NCBI GenBank assembly: GCA_964016885.1
Contig: OZ024743.1
Span: 156,116,001-156,180,000, forward strand
Origin: Eledone cirrhosa
Lineage: Eukaryota
Reading direction: 5' to 3'
Length of the DNA stretch: 64,000 bases
Shown here: positions 1-14,399 of the stretch, piece after piece
Layout of the letters: the number at the start of each line of letters is the position of its first letter
How positions within the stretch are numbered: position 1 is the stretch's first letter
Program-made: the position numbers and the translations under genes
Notes under the pieces: model-generated
Database searches by the model: none
Told to the model about the DNA's origin: nothing
What the model saw: only the letters and a program-made list of their open reading frames with translations

Positions 1-995
1 TTGATGCATTTAGCAAGCACAGTCCTGTTGGAACAATAATTATGTTCACACTAATCAGATCTTCTGGTAAATATGAATACAAATAAGAGGTAATTTATTT
101 GCAGACATGTTTACTTTTAACAACAAAATGTAATCACAACTGGGAGATTTGTTGTTGAACAATTGAATGCATTACACTATTGGGGTAGTGATTTAAGAGA
201 CCTAACATATATACATTCCTAGTTGACTACAAATGTGTAATGAAAATAGGCGGGAAAGGAGATCAGCTTTCGCAAAGTATTGCATACAAAGGCATTGCTT
301 GAAATATAAAATATAAGATTTTCAGTTCAAATAGTTTAAATGTTCCACTTCATATCTTTAAATTAACAGATGGATGTCAATGGAAGTGCCTTCTATTACG
401 TTCCCACATTACACGTTCATTACAATACTACACCTTAAAAAAATCCGAAGTTATTACTGTAAATATTTGGGTCATGTGCTCTAGTATTACCGAATCACAT
501 GCAAGGAAGGACTTTCAAAATTCTTCGCTGTTTACATAATTTGTGTTAATGTAAAATCTACGGCCGTCTCTTCTGATTTTCCTCATTTCATTAAGTAGGT
601 ATATTATATCTTAGGTTAAGATACGTTTTTCAGGTAGGATATGGTCAAATCATGCTATATAACGAGAAATTAACTCAAAATTCTGAAATTATCCTATTCG
701 TATGTGATGCATATCTAATATAAAATAAGGGATTTTTAATCAGGAACAGAAAAAAAAAATGAAATGACATGTAAGGTGCATATACAAATAACCCCATCCC
801 GCAGAGAAAGACACAAACACAAACATGCACCCCCCTACACACACACAAATACACACACACACACATATATATATATATATTAAAATAACAGAAGATCCCG
901 TGAAGAGTGAAAGCAGCGATTGTTTGCCTAAACTGAAATCTGTTATGTTAATAAATATTATTGTTATTACTACATATAATATTATAATATTATTT

Positions 996-1324
996 CGGTA
1001 GAGGGTCGGACGCCATGCTTTCCAGCATAGTTACGTCCCTTTACGATCTGAGTTCAAATCCCGCCGAGGTTGACTTTGCCTTTAATCCTTACGGGTTCGA
1101 TAAAATAAAGTACCAGTAATGCGCTGGGCAATTGCTGCCCTTGTGCCTAAAGTAGAAACAATTATTATTACTATGTATAGCATAGTTACGTCCCTTAACA
1201 GTCTGAGTTCAAATCCCGCCGAGGTTGACTTTGCCTTTCAACCTTACCAGGTCGATAAAATAAAGTACCAGTGATGCACTGGGTAATTGCTGGCCTTGTG
1301 CCTAAAGTAGAAACAATTATTATT

Positions 1325-1326
<2 letters not shown>
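996..1326 (+). mobile_element. Two tandem copies (996-1170; 5'-truncated 1179-1326) of a tRNA-derived SINE
   Basis: B-box-like GAGTTCAAATCCC, shared body GCCGAGGTTGACTTTGCCTTT...GATAAAATAAAGTACCAGT and (ATT)n tail; the same sequence recurs elsewhere in the window. Confidence 0.8.
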
Positions 1327-1395
<69 letters not shown>

Positions 1396-2181
1396 TGAGA
1401 GAGAGAGAGAGAGAGAGATAGATGGATATAGATAGAGAGATAGATAGATAGATTGACAGGTAGCCAAATAAATAAACACATGTATATAATATAATGATAA
1501 GAAAACTATTAAAACTTAAATGTTTAATGAAAAAATAATAATTTGAATTGAATTTAATAAAAGTATATTTTCGCTTCTCCAAATATGAATTCATAAGTGT
1601 GGAATATAATTGACTCCTCATCTTGAAAAGATTTGTTTATAATTTGTCAGTTTTCAAATTGGTTTTATCTAATTTATTTGCAACAAATTTGAGAGAAAAT
1701 TTTGTATGAATTATAAACGTAAAACGTTATTTTTTAAATGACAATATTACTAGTTCAATAGTGGTTACAACAATATGTATAGAACATCTTCATTTTCCTT
1801 CCACGTTTCTAACAGGTGCATGATTCCAACAAATAATTTAGGTAATTTATATAATGTACATTTATAATCAAATGTACGCACTCACATAGTTTGGTGAATG
1901 CCCAATGACACTGTCCTGTTACAAATTTAATATAACATTACAGAACGCCTTTTAATTGTTAATATATAAATAAACATATAGATATAAAGAAACATTTGCT
2001 TCTGGCATATAGTTAAATTCTCTTGAATTCTGAATCCAGTTTCTACATGCATATTAACGTAACCGGTTCAAAGTAATATGGTGTTATTCATAAATAGAGA
2101 TGGTGTGTGTTTCCTTGTGGTGATGCATTAGTTCTTGTGTGTACCACTTCACAAGGCACTAATGGAGTTTCAAAACTTGAT

Positions 2182-2552
2182 TCAGTGGAATAATACGCAA
2201 TGGCCCCCCCACCCCACAGCCCCGGCGGACAGAATGGAGAAGGCATTTCCCCGGAGGACTGCAAGGGAGACACACTGGAAAAGCCACTCCAACTCGCGGG
2301 GCTCACACTTGCGCCTGGCTAGCTCAGCGCATGTGGAGGTGGGTAGAGAGGTAGCCCTAGGGCATAGGACACCAGAAGTCTCGATTGCCAAGGGTACAAC
2401 CGCAAACCTGTCGGAGAGCGACTGGTATTTGAGGAATTAGGCCTCCTCAGCCCGACGTGCAGCAGAACCTGGGTTAGTCGCACACTGCACCAGGCTGCAA
2501 GTGGCACCCAGACGAGGAGTTTGCCACCGTGGAACAGGAAGATGGTTATACC
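2182..2552 (-). mobile_element. 3' fragment of a CRE-like non-LTR retrotransposon (restriction-like endonuclease C-terminus), degraded
   Basis: Minus-strand translation DGITIF..GGKLLVW.ATC...KYQSL...PLAIETSGV...PRELEWLFQCVSLAVLRGNAFSIL resembles the CRE-clade 'ETxG...AVQRGNA' signature; frameshifted. Confidence 0.65.
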
Positions 2553-4078
2553 ATCTCAAATAAAGTCGATATATAATCGACTATACCAATCTCACACTCA
2601 GCTTTTCACCCAACTGATTTTTCTTCTTTTTCCAATTACGAAAGTCTCATTCCGAAGTGAGTTTCTCTTCCACGAACATAACCAGCTATCCTCGCTCAGA
2701 TACTGCTCTTAAATTAATAGCATGCTACTTAAACGGTGCGTTTCAGCATAAAACTGAAAATACACTGTATTATAAACTGTACATATTGACATTCCAATAT
2801 AAGATAAACGATATAAAACGATCAGTCATTTGATGCATTAGAAGCTCCATATGAATTTATGGTTTACGATTTACACAACACCCACCTTTGGTTTAGCTTG
2901 TAATCATCAATCTTATATTTATTTCACTTTCTCAAGTTTATATATCTTAATAAAATGTTTACTATTGTGTTTCGCTTAATTCGCCTAACACCTCTGAAAA
3001 GAAAGTGACCTGTGAAATAATAAACCTTCATTGTAGTCTTGTAGAAATTCATTGTATTTGTGTCCGATAAAATTGCGAAAGATTTTCTTTTACAAACATC
3101 CAATGAATACCATGCACATATCTCAATATTACATATTCAATCTATCAAAATGATTGTTTTATTAACATTTTGAAAGAATAAGCGTTAATAATTAATATTT
3201 GAGGGTTATTCTATTGTTAATGCAAGTTATCTAGAGCTTGGGTAAACGTTGTAGGTATATGTTTTCATATTTCCAGTTGAATATATGTTCCGAGGTTAAT
3301 CATCAAATCTTCTACATTTATAGTCACTGACTGATTTATTGGCCATGCAAACATTTGACAACCCTATAGAAAACAGTTTTTCACTAAACTAAATTGTTTG
3401 TTAGAAATCGATTTTAAAGGTAAGGGAATGAAACTGTCATTTCCAAAAATTGGCTCACTGAACACGCACGTGCGTTTTCTCATGAAACTGGTTTCGTTCT
3501 TTCCCATTCTTCTACTCTATATTACTTATTCTTTTATTTCTCATCCAAACTCCTGTTGAAGGACTTGAGTCCGAAACGTTAAGACTCCTTTCTTACGAGA
3601 TCAAACGTTAAACTGTATATTTCTTCATTGTATTGTATTGTTTACTTTGTTGTTACCTTTCACTGGCAAACACACACACATACACACACATACACACACA
3701 TACATAAACACACACACACAAACACACTCACACACACACACGCATATATATGTATAAATAATGGAAAAGAATGATTTCACATGTAGTTCTAAACAATTTA
3801 ATTTAATTTTGTAACATTATAATTTTACAATTTGGTTTTGTAGATCTTGTAAAATCTTTGTTAACTTCGGTGTGGGAATTTTTAAAGATTTCTAGTTAAC
3901 TTTCCTGGAGAACTTTCTCGGATTCGTCGGTGGCGAATGCGAGAAAGTACTCCAGTAAACATCTAAAAAACCAAATTGTAAAATGTTAATAACATCAATT
4001 AAATTAATTTGTTTAGAACTACAAATGAAGTCATAGTTTTCCTTTTCTTTTTTAATACCAGGAAATTCACACAATTTC

Positions 4079-4114
<36 letters not shown>

Positions 4115-4164
4115 TGTGTGTGCGGTCATGGGCGGAGATGCTATAAATTAGCTTATAATATAGG

Positions 4165-5085
4165 GTGAAGATCATTAAATTTAGAAGGGCCCTAAATAAA
4201 CACAAACTCAATATTAAGATAGTAGAAAGACCAGGTACCTCCGTAAAAACACTTATTAGCAAGACATACCCGTTCCAAAGACCCTCATGTATAGATAAGA
4301 AATGTATAACCTGTAAAATAAGCCCCCATATTAACTGTAAAACTAGAAATGTAGTGTATAGCATAAGATGTACTGAAGGACAATGTAGAAACAAAAATAT
4401 AGTGTACATAGGTGAGACAGCTCGTAGTATAGAGGAACGAATAAATGAACACTGGCGAGACCTTCAAGATAATAAAGAATCATTTGTACTCTACCAACAT
4501 ACTAAGATAGAACACAAGGGTAAATTAGAGAACATAGAAATAAAAATAGAATCCACACACAGAAAAGATGCAATGTTTAGGCAAATTACAGAGGCAGTAA
4601 GCATAAAAGAATTACAACCAAAATTAAATAGAAAATATGAGTGGAACAGCAACATCACAACTTACAATTAAGGACAAAATGAAAACACACACACACATAG
4701 AACAAACAACCAACCAACTACATGTAAATAAATAAACAAATAGATAAATTAACACAAACACACACAGACACCCGGATGTGGTGCATGCGCAAACTGAGCA
4801 CACAACACACACACATAAACAAAATGGCGTAGGACAGAAGAAAGGAAAGGCACAGAAACAAAGAAAGGAATCCCCAGTCACTGAAGAGGTCACAGAGTGT
4901 GTGACGAAAGGACTATGACTATATATAAACAACTATCTGGTTGTGGAACCAACCAACCAACCAGAAATTTATAAGTTTGTGGATTTGTAAATTTATAAAT
5001 TTATAAATATATAATAAATTGAAGTGAAAGCAACTGGTGCGTGTGTTTCTTATTGGCAACATGACCCTCCCAAAGTATAACAATA
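4165..5085 (+). mobile_element. 3' part of a Penelope-like element: GIY-YIG endonuclease (ORF 4165-4671) plus 3' repeat region
   Basis: CxxxxCxxC linker, NVVYSIRC..C....YIGETARSIEERINEH, RQITEAVSI..LNRKYEW; followed by an HHR and a terminus (GGCAACATGACCCTCCCAAAGTATAACA) repeated at 30.9-31.4 kb and 40.8 kb. Confidence 0.85.
4876..4920 (+). ncRNA. Minimal type-I hammerhead ribozyme
   Basis: agtca-CTGAAGA-g-gtcac(agagtgt)gtgac-GAAA-ggac-TA-tgact; stems I and II pair. Confidence 0.7.
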
Positions 5086-5589
5086 TATATATATATATAT
5101 TGGTAAACGGAAAAGAAAATGCTGACAAATTGTTCCCAGTGAAAAATAGTTTAATTAGGAATAAGTAAAAATTAGTAATAGTATTGGTTAGTATTCAGCT
5201 TTGGTTTTAAGTTTTACCGGTTGCGCATTTATAATGCTTTTCAAAAATAATTTAGAGATAGAGCGCCCGTGATGTTTGCTCTAATCTGATTATTATGGCT
5301 CCAGATGTATTAAAATAAGTTTCGCGCCAATTCGTGTTGCAAAAATTCTTGTGGGCAAAACAATTTTGATTGGTCGGTAGAGGTCATGTGAATGTTAAAA
5401 ATTGATTTTGCGCCAAACGTAAATTTGTATCGGCTGATTGAGGAGTCACTGAAAAATAACTATTTCAAAACAAATATGTGTGTGTGTGTGTAGTAGGAGT
5501 AAAGAGGTTCGTTGTTGTGATAATGGTCAGCAGGGATGTGTATGCAAACCGCAGATGTTGACAGTTCAACGGCCTATTAAGACAAGTGT

Positions 5590-5623
<34 letters not shown>

Positions 5624-5714
5624 AGCAGAGTAATTCGTGGTAGAGGGATGGTCAGTAGGAATGTGTCTGTACGTGTGTGGGGGATATTTTAACATGTTAA
5701 AACATATTTTTCAG

Positions 5715-5800
<86 letters not shown>

Positions 5801-6879
5801 CACAGAAATATATATGTATATATATATATATCACGGAAATATATATATATGTTAGACACAAAGTGACTAACAACAGAATGTTTTAGTCCCTTTAGTGTTC
5901 TAACATATACGTGTAGATCGTCAATTTTGTGTTAAAGGTCCGCCCGGGCCGTGGTGATTACATGCCATTGGCTAATTTTCAACCAATCAGATTAAGTGTT
6001 GTTGAAAAGCATCCGCCATATTATTTTGTTTGTTTACCTAGTTCATTTATTTTTGATATGGTGGGTGTGAGTGTTCGTGAGTGTGGGGTCGGGGGGATGT
6101 TAGTGGTATTAGTTGTGGGGTGATGGTAGTGGATGTGTCGGTGAGGGTTAGTGGTGGTAGTAGGGTGTGTGGATAGTGTGAGTGCGTGTATATATGTACC
6201 GGTGGGTGTGTGCGTGATAGGGGGAGGGGTGCGGATGTGAGTATTGTTAGTTGGGGGAGGGTAGAGAGAGATAGAGAGAGAGAGATTTATATTTATATGA
6301 ATTACAAATATATATATATATACGCGTGTGTTTCTACGTGCGTGATTTAAAGGGATTTCCTTATAGTTTATACTGATATGTGATACCACCAACAAAAGCT
6401 TATTTTACATAACTTGATGCGACAATACACAGAATTCGGTTTTCATGCACATATACACAGTTATAAAATAAGTTATTTTAATAGATATATAGAGAGAAGA
6501 CATGTTTGAAAGGCAGATTAACTGAGAGAAATGTGTTCAAATATAGATACTTACATGAATAGATACATACCTTTCTATACATCGACGTATATAAATATAT
6601 TTTGTGATGACGATGATCTATCACTCAAGTAAACTTGAGCCAATTCTATGTCAAAAAATGTAAGACGTCTCTAGTGGATTTAGTCTTGATGTTGTTTACC
6701 ATGCAAGCATTCATTTAGCATTTGTGTAACATGTTGTCAACTTATATATCAACAAATAGTATGCATGGAGTGAGGAATAAAAGTTATACAGGCAGATAAA
6801 ATATAAAATATAAAGCCTGGCTTTTCCCTGAACACATTATACAAGTTGACTGATGAAATAACAAGTCAGTCAATCATAT

Positions 6880-7100
6880 TGGTGGCCTCCCCACAGCTCC
6901 GGCAACCATAATGGAGAAGGCGTTTCCTCGGAGAACGGCAAGGAGACTCGCTGGAAGAGCCATTCCAACTCGCAAAGCTCACACCTGCGCCTGGCCAGTT
7001 CAGCGCATATGGTGGTGAGTAGGAAAGGTAGCCCTAGGGCCGAGGACACCAGGAGTTTCCACTACCAAGAGCACGACCGCAAACTTGTCAGAGAGCGACC
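6880..7100 (-). mobile_element. Second CRE-like 3' fragment, paralogous to 2190-2420
   Basis: Clear nucleotide similarity to 2190-2420 (AATGGAGAAGGC.TTTCC.CGGAG...CCA.TCCAACTCGC...GGTAGCCCTAGGGC). Confidence 0.65.
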
Positions 7101-8739
7101 AATCCTAACTTGAAACCAGATTACACCAAATTCCGACCAATACAAATCAATTCTTCAGCAGTGTTGTTATATTAATATTTACGTACAACCTAGGCATCAT
7201 GTATCTACATTTCCTTAAGATTCAGATAAATTTTGCCAAGACCAACAAATCTGAAATGTTGCTGACCTGACGCAGTTTAACATTCAAATACAACCTTCGA
7301 ATCAATAGAAACTCTGAAACCATATCAAGGAAACAATCCGTAGAAGTTTCCGTTTATTCTTTTTCTTTAATGGCAACCAAGTCTAAAGGATGTCTAAATT
7401 ATAAGAAAGTAGACAAAGGAAGCACTGTTGAATTATTCAAGCTTACAATGTCTATATTTGATTGGTAGGAAAATACACTAGAAATGTCAATGTGGATTAT
7501 TCGAGCATGTTTATTATAATGCGATTGCTGCTATCTGAATCGGTAAGATATCGGTTCAACGAGTGAAGTGTTAGGCATTAGTGGCTGATTACTGCTGATA
7601 TTTTGCTTTTGTGAATAATACAGTAATTATTTCAAAGACAATCATGTGATACTTTGCCGTAGCATAGTATTCTTGGGAAAATAATGTCTGATGTCACTCA
7701 GCATATTAAAGACGTGTATAAACTGCAAAAGACCAATATATACTCACATAAATTTCAGTGATGTATATCCATACAAGAATGGCTGGCAATGTCATCCTCA
7801 ATTAACACTTTACACTTTCATTAGAAAACTATCATTACATCCTATGATTCTGGATGCACATTCCCTCCTTATAACTGGAACGTATTTGATTATTATCAGA
7901 GGTGGGGCCACATGAGAAAAACAACTGAGAAAAATAACCTAGTTTCAGTACATCTCACCAATTTCAATTTAACCTGATTTGCCGTTTGATTTGATCATCA
8001 ATGATATAGGTGTGGGTGGCAAATCAGCAGTATCATTAGAACGTCGAGTAGAATAATTCGCGGTGATCGGTTCGGTTCACGGCTTTCTGACTTGGAACTG
8101 CCCCGCTGTCAATTTCATCTTTTATCTTTTATATTTTAAATGTTCCCGCTTTATTTCTTGAATAATTCAACTTTACTTCCCTGTAACTTTCTTTCTCCTT
8201 CTCTGGAACAAAGCGGCTGTGTACAGATCTGGGATGGGTATGGCTGATGCCAAGTTTAATCTGACATGATCGCTTCATATTAATGTTGGGCCACTTACGA
8301 TTCCATCCATACAATTTCCTTTCAAAATTGATCCTGTATAATACACCAGATCTTGTTAATATTGTGATTATTACTGCTGGAGCTTAGTGTTATCGTTACT
8401 AATCAGGACTATGGACAAATGCGCACCATGTATTACTTACACAAATTATACTTAATATATAGTGATATGGAAGTGTGTATTATTTTAGATACGTGTGGCT
8501 ATTCCTGAACTGTCACGCGTAGGATTCTGGCAGTGCTAGTGATGTTAGAAATGTGGACACTGCCTATGAATTCTTAGATCCCAAAACATTTTGATGACAA
8601 ACATAAGGCGTTTAGGTATCGGATGTTGTACGCGACTCTTATCTGTATATAGTGTTCAGTTCTAAAAGCGAGCAATTGATCATTTCTATCATCTTTCCAG
8701 ACTCGTTGTAGTTTTGACACATCCTAATTCGGAGGTTAA

Positions 8740-11700
8740 TAATAATAATAATGCTTTCATTATTAATCACATGGGTTGATGTAAAGAATAACATTAACAC
8801 AGGACGGTTCAAATGGGCGTTTCTGCGTGTTAAAGAATAACATTAACACAGGACGGTTCAAATGGGCGTTTCTGCGTGTACACATATAAAAAAAAGTATA
8901 TAAAAAAAAGAAATGAAACAGAGAAATTCCCTAGTACGGGGGAGGCATCTACCAGAGCAAGTGCCCTCTCCCATTTTCCCATTTCCAATCTACGTGCGCA
9001 TACTCAGAACAGCCCCATACACTCGGACCATACTCGACTCGCTCATCAATTCTTCAACAAATTACTGGAAGGGAGTACTTCACTCTCCAACCTGAAATAT
9101 GAAATTTGAAAAGGTTAGTCAGGGCATCACTAAAAAGGTAAATGCTCGTCTTCAGCCGTTTCAAACGTTTCCACAACAAAACCAATTTCGCCATGGCCAC
9201 AAGACAAGTAAAACCGCAAGTCAGCAATGATCAGACGCTGGATGAGTTCGTCGCCCTGCGCAAATGTTGGACTGGCTGACGGAACTTCTATTCCTGTATA
9301 AATGATCTCGGGGTGGCAAAGATCCACGGTATCACTGCCAGGCCAGTTATTTCTGGAAATCGTCCATGGGCCCCGACACGAAAGAGATTGGCTAATTTAT
9401 TTTCGTCGACGCCCAGATTGTCCACAAGCATGTCGTCGCTCCTTCCCTCCACTAACTCCCTATAGAACGTCAAGGTGCAGTTTCCACTGATCACATCGTC
9501 CGATATGTCGAGGGCTCTGAGTGCCTGAAGACATTCAAGTCTCCAAGAGCTGCATCTTGGTCTTCATTTGACCCAGGACTGCAGCTCCGTCAAGGAGACG
9601 TGCTAGGGAAAAATACGTCTAGCAAACGTCAACCACACCTGTTCACCGACGAAGAAGAGGTGAAGATGAGTATCCTGAGCACATGTTTGCGCATCATCAG
9701 CGATGGCATGGCCAGCTCGCCACGTAGCGAGTGTTTACAGCAATTGGACCACCTGGCCATCTGAGCGCGTCCCCTACACAAAAGGTGAAAAAAAAACGCT
9801 CCAGTGCAGTCAGGGGTGGCTCAAGACAAGGCACGGCAGTCACGTGGGAGTAGATGACGGATGCGATGTACTCGTTCACTTCTCTGCTGGAGCGTTTAAG
9901 GATGGATTCCTCTCAATCCATTTCTGGGTGAGAGAGACCACCCTGCTCGTCACCTCATCTCAGCTGTTGTCCGTCTGGAGATCCGGACCAAACCATACTC
10001 CTTGGAATTTAACCGGTCCATCCGTCCAGCGTCTGACGACGCATTGGACGTTATGGACCTGTCTCTCCAGGTGCCGAGCCCCTGGCCCACCGACATTTCC
10101 AGATTAATCATTGCTCCTATCACAGTGTCGTATTCTCTTAGTGTTGTGCCGATCGCCCCGATTTGTTTCGCACTCGACATCACTACGGTAACGTCGTCAG
10201 CTTAGGCTGACGACGTTCCCCCTCATCCTAATTCACACGGGACGGCTGTCCACGTCTCCAGTTTCTGCAGTAATGACTTGAGACACAATATATACAACAG
10301 GGACGAGAGGGAACGCTTCGATTCACCGAGCGCATGACGTTCAGCGGTTCCGAAAGGTGACCATTCCCTCTCTCACAGATCAGACGTCACTGAGCATGGC
10401 AGCGATCCATCCTCTGAAGACGGGCCCAAAGCCGGCCATCCTCATGACCGCCACCAGATGACCATGGTCGACCCTATCGAAAGCTTCGTCTCATCTAAAT
10501 TGATCAAGGCCCCATCCGTGCCAAGTTCATAAGCTACCCTATCCGTGTTGTATCGCATGACATGAAAGGAGTCCTGCATGGATCTGTTTGGAATGGTGCA
10601 TATCAGTGCGTCTTCCACCAGACTCCTGACGACAAGCACCAACATTTTTGCTAGCATATTGGGCAACATCTTTTCTCAGCAGCACCGCCACTCCTCGGCT
10701 CACAGAGCTGGGAATTCTCCTGTTCTGCTGCCAGTTGCAGTGGATGTCTGCCAAAATGTTGCCGAACAAGTCTGCCATGTGCACGTAAAGCTCTGAGGGC
10801 AGACCATCCGAAAAAGGTGATTCACCCATCGTGCATTCAATCATTGACTCCCGTACTTCAGCGGTTGTTACAGGCTTTTCGAGATTCGAGGTAGATTGTC
10901 GTGGTAGGCGCTAAATTAACCATGCAATCCGACCCACTGCTACCTCCGAACAGCTGAGTGAAGTGCTTCCTAAAAGCCTCAAACATTTGCCCAGGTTCGA
11001 GTAACATGCGCCTACCGAGGTCCTCCTATGACCGCATCATGGCTTTGTTGTCACCACGCACCACCCCAATATAGGTCCATCGATCGGCTTTCGGGCTCCT
11101 TATGTCAGAGAAAACGCTTCTTAGCTCTGACAACGCAACCTACGTGCTTTACGTTGAAGAATTGGTCGAGGGCCAATTTCGCCGCAAGCACGTCGGGTGC
11201 GATGCCTTTACTAAGCGCCTCGTCTTCTTTTCTAACTAGTTCTATTTTTCTCTATTACTAACGCCTTACTAAACCCAATGAACTCTATTCTAATCACCAT
11301 TTTTTGTTGACATCTGCCCCGTCAACGCCCGCTTAACTATTTCTCTATTCGATCCCTGTAGGCTTTTTGCGTTGCCCGCAACGCGTTCAGCTTTCAGTAA
11401 CCGCGTACCTGTCTACGAATCCAATCTAATCGACCACACAGTTCACGAATGTATGGTCCGCATAGTCGACTCTCTTCAACATCGTACACTTTATGGTAGA
11501 ACTATCTACTTAATTACTAAATATCCTATCTATATACGATCTAGATGACCTAAGGTGGTTTGTCCATGTCCACATTGGCAGATTCTGGAAATCCGGTCGA
11601 TAATTGTTAGACAGTTCGAAACATCGGATCAGGTTTGCGAGGCTTTTACACGCTCTTCCCCTATCCGCTAATCCCAAACAATCCCAGCGTGCATCCAAAA

Positions 11701-14340
11701 TGCCGTTACAATCGGCCACTAACATTAAAGTATGGGACGTTCCTAGGAAAGTCTCCAGTCTCCTAAAGAAATCGGCCCGTCCTGATACTGTTGGGGCTTA
11801 CACAGCCACATGCCTAAAAGCATAGCCCTTGCTTCAAGTCACGTCCAGCACCAGCGACTTACCTTATGGATCCAGGAAGATGGCCCGTATGGCGAGATCC
11901 AAGCATCTCCGAAAAAGCACATCAACTCCACCCCCCGATCCATACGGCTGGGAGATGCGTATACATCGTAGCCGCCGAAGATCGGTGCGAAGGCTCGTGC
12001 TTCGGAGATTCTGGTCTCGCTGGTGGCCACCATATCTATCTTTATTGACCTGAGGTCGGTGAGAAAGTGTCCTTGCTTCCATGACGACCGCAGACCACGT
12101 TCCTGTTCTGAGTAAGTTCATGTTGAAAAAGAGTGGTAAAAGGTGGGAATGACCTCTAACATCAGTTCTTGTGAAGGATGGATGGTCTGTCCGTCCTTCT
12201 GACTGTTTTTGGCCCGAAGGATGTCTATATATATCCTGATGGAAAGTGGTTGCCAGAAATCTCGGATGTACTTGGGGAATTTATTTTTTAGGTTTGTGTA
12301 AGATTTCTGGTAGAAACGTGTTATTTGTATGTGTGAGTGTGGTGTGAGTTTTTGGGGGTGCTGTGTAATTTTACTCTGGGATGCTGGTGTTGTGTTGGAT
12401 GTAGTGTAATAATTATTTATTGTTCTTGTTCAATACCATGTAGTGTTTCAATTTGGTCGTTTTATTGCTTTTACGTTTGTTGTTGTTGCTCGTGTGGTTT
12501 TGTTTCTGATATCTGTTTCGTCCTCTAATTTTTAGGGCGAAGGAAGAGATATCTTTCTTTTCTCACAAGCTGTCTCTAACTGTGTGTGTGGGGGGGGGAG
12601 TGGAATATCCTCCATAGGCTGTGTGGTTGCTTGTGGCGCGCTGGATGATGGTGGCGCTTGTGCTACTTCTGCCGCGGTGGATGGTGGTCGTGGTTTCCTT
12701 GCCACCGTTTCTCCTACAGTTGCTACTGCCATTGTTGCTGCTGTTTGTGCCGGTTGAACCAGGCGGGTAGGCAGGAGAGGTGGCCTTAATGTTTTGGCTA
12801 CACCTTAGTGAAGAAGGCTTGCAGTTGTGTTTCCTCACCACAACTGAAACACATTGGCCGACATCGAGGTCTATCTCCCTGAGAAGCTTTTGGATGTTTT
12901 TCTGGTCCGCTTGGATGTGGAGCTCCATCTCAGAACCGGACCAGTTCTCTTATTTGATTTTCATGACCACGATGAATTTCCTGATGTCTTCGATGTCGAA
13001 AAAGCCGGCAGACATCACGAAAAATATGCCAGTGCAATTTCAATGGCCGGCGCTATTTAGGTCAACCTTAGTGTCACGAGCCTTTGTCTGCAGTAATCTG
13101 GGACAAATGTGAGGTCGTTGCTCTTTAGTTAAACTATGGAGTGCTTTCTGACTTCATGTGTGGTTGCAAAGAACACATCCACGGTCCCATATGTTCGCCA
13201 ACGAATGATTTGGCTTTTCTGAGCCTACACATATCCCAAAGCCTTTTAGATCTGAGATGCGGATGTACGCTCCATCGGCGAGGTTTCGTGCTAATTGTAC
13301 GGTTTGATACCGTACATAGCCGATGTTCAATGATGTTTGACGGATTAGTGACGCTGTACCTTAGCCATTCTCTTTCACTTTGCCTGAACTCATTCAGTTG
13401 TTCCTGGCTTACCTCTATCGTTTCGTTCCTATTCGCTAATTTCGCAAAATACATATTTGATTTTGCGCTGGTGTTGGTGTTGTTGATGTTGTTGATATTG
13501 TTGTTCTTGTTATTTTTTTTCAGTTGTTGCTCTGGTGGTGGTGTCAGTGGTGTTCGATGTGACTGTAGACAGTTTCGTTGAGGGGACGGTGGTTCCACAT
13601 TTGTGAATATTGTTAATACATTTGGTGAATCCATTTTGTCATCGAGATTAATTTTTCTGTTTCAGTTGTTGCCGTGCTAATGGTGGTGATGGTGGTGGTG
13701 ATGGTCGTCGTCATCGCCGTCGTAGTATCAGTGGTGATGGATGGGCTCCTCGACAATGTGATGGTGGGTGTGGTGCTTTTCACACCGATATCCATTGGCA
13801 AAGGTGGATCATCTGCCTCTACTGCACGTGACAAATCGTGGCGACTGCCATTGCTGCTGCTGCGGGCGTTAGCGAAGCCGTCTGCCTTAATGGCAATTAT
13901 AGCAAAGTCCACAATGGCGGTGGTGGTCCTGGGAGTATTATCAGTGGTTGAGATTATGCCACATGACAGCTGCCTTAGTTTTGGGAGGCGTATTCCGTCC
14001 ATATTTCTGACAAAAGAAATGTTGTTTCTTTTGACAAAGAAAAGAACAAATTAAATTTCAATAATTCTTTTATTGGCCATAACGGCCAACATTTAGGGGA
14101 CGGTCCAATGCACACGGACAGTGTGGATGTACAATAAAATCGAGTAAAAGCAAATTATCGTATAACAATAAACACAAAATTACAACAATGTAAATTCCCC
14201 AACTGGGGAGACTCAGAAACTCCACCAATACTGACCATCCAATACCATTCAAGAGCACTCAAGGATAGAGCCCACATCCTCTCAAAATCAGCCAGTCTAA
14301 AGGCGCAAGCTCAGAGTAGCCTAATTCACAAGAGCAATCC
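8740..14340 (-). mobile_element. Roughly full-length, decayed Tx1/L1-clade LINE (ORF1 ~13630-12500; ORF2 APE endonuclease + RT ~12100-9000)
   Basis: Minus-strand motifs VAVYAPT..GRADFFRRLETFL...LVADCNGILD, WTWTN..SSRSYIDRI (APE) and GALINLD.TK(AF)DRVDH (RT); many stops and frameshifts; (ATT)n tail near 8740. The 5' boundary is approximate. Confidence 0.8.
8782..8879. repeat. 49-bp perfect tandem duplication in the LINE 3' UTR
   Basis: TAAAGAATAACATTAACACAGGACGGTTCAAATGGGCGTTTCTGCGTGT occurs twice. Confidence 0.9.
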
Positions 14341-14399
14341 TCACAATATTCACCCAACTATTTGCAAATGCAATAGAGATCAGCACGTCTTTCTACATC

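Noticed and set aside
1045-1075. tRNA gene
   Set aside because: B-box lies in a repeated SINE body and no cloverleaf is evident
3548-3590. Hammerhead-like CTGTTGA-ggact(tg)agtcc-GAAACGTT
   Set aside because: Core is mutated and stem I does not pair; at most a relic
13613-14054. Overlapping Thr-rich and Val-rich ORFs as host genes
   Set aside because: Low-complexity triplet repeats within the LINE 5'/ORF1 region
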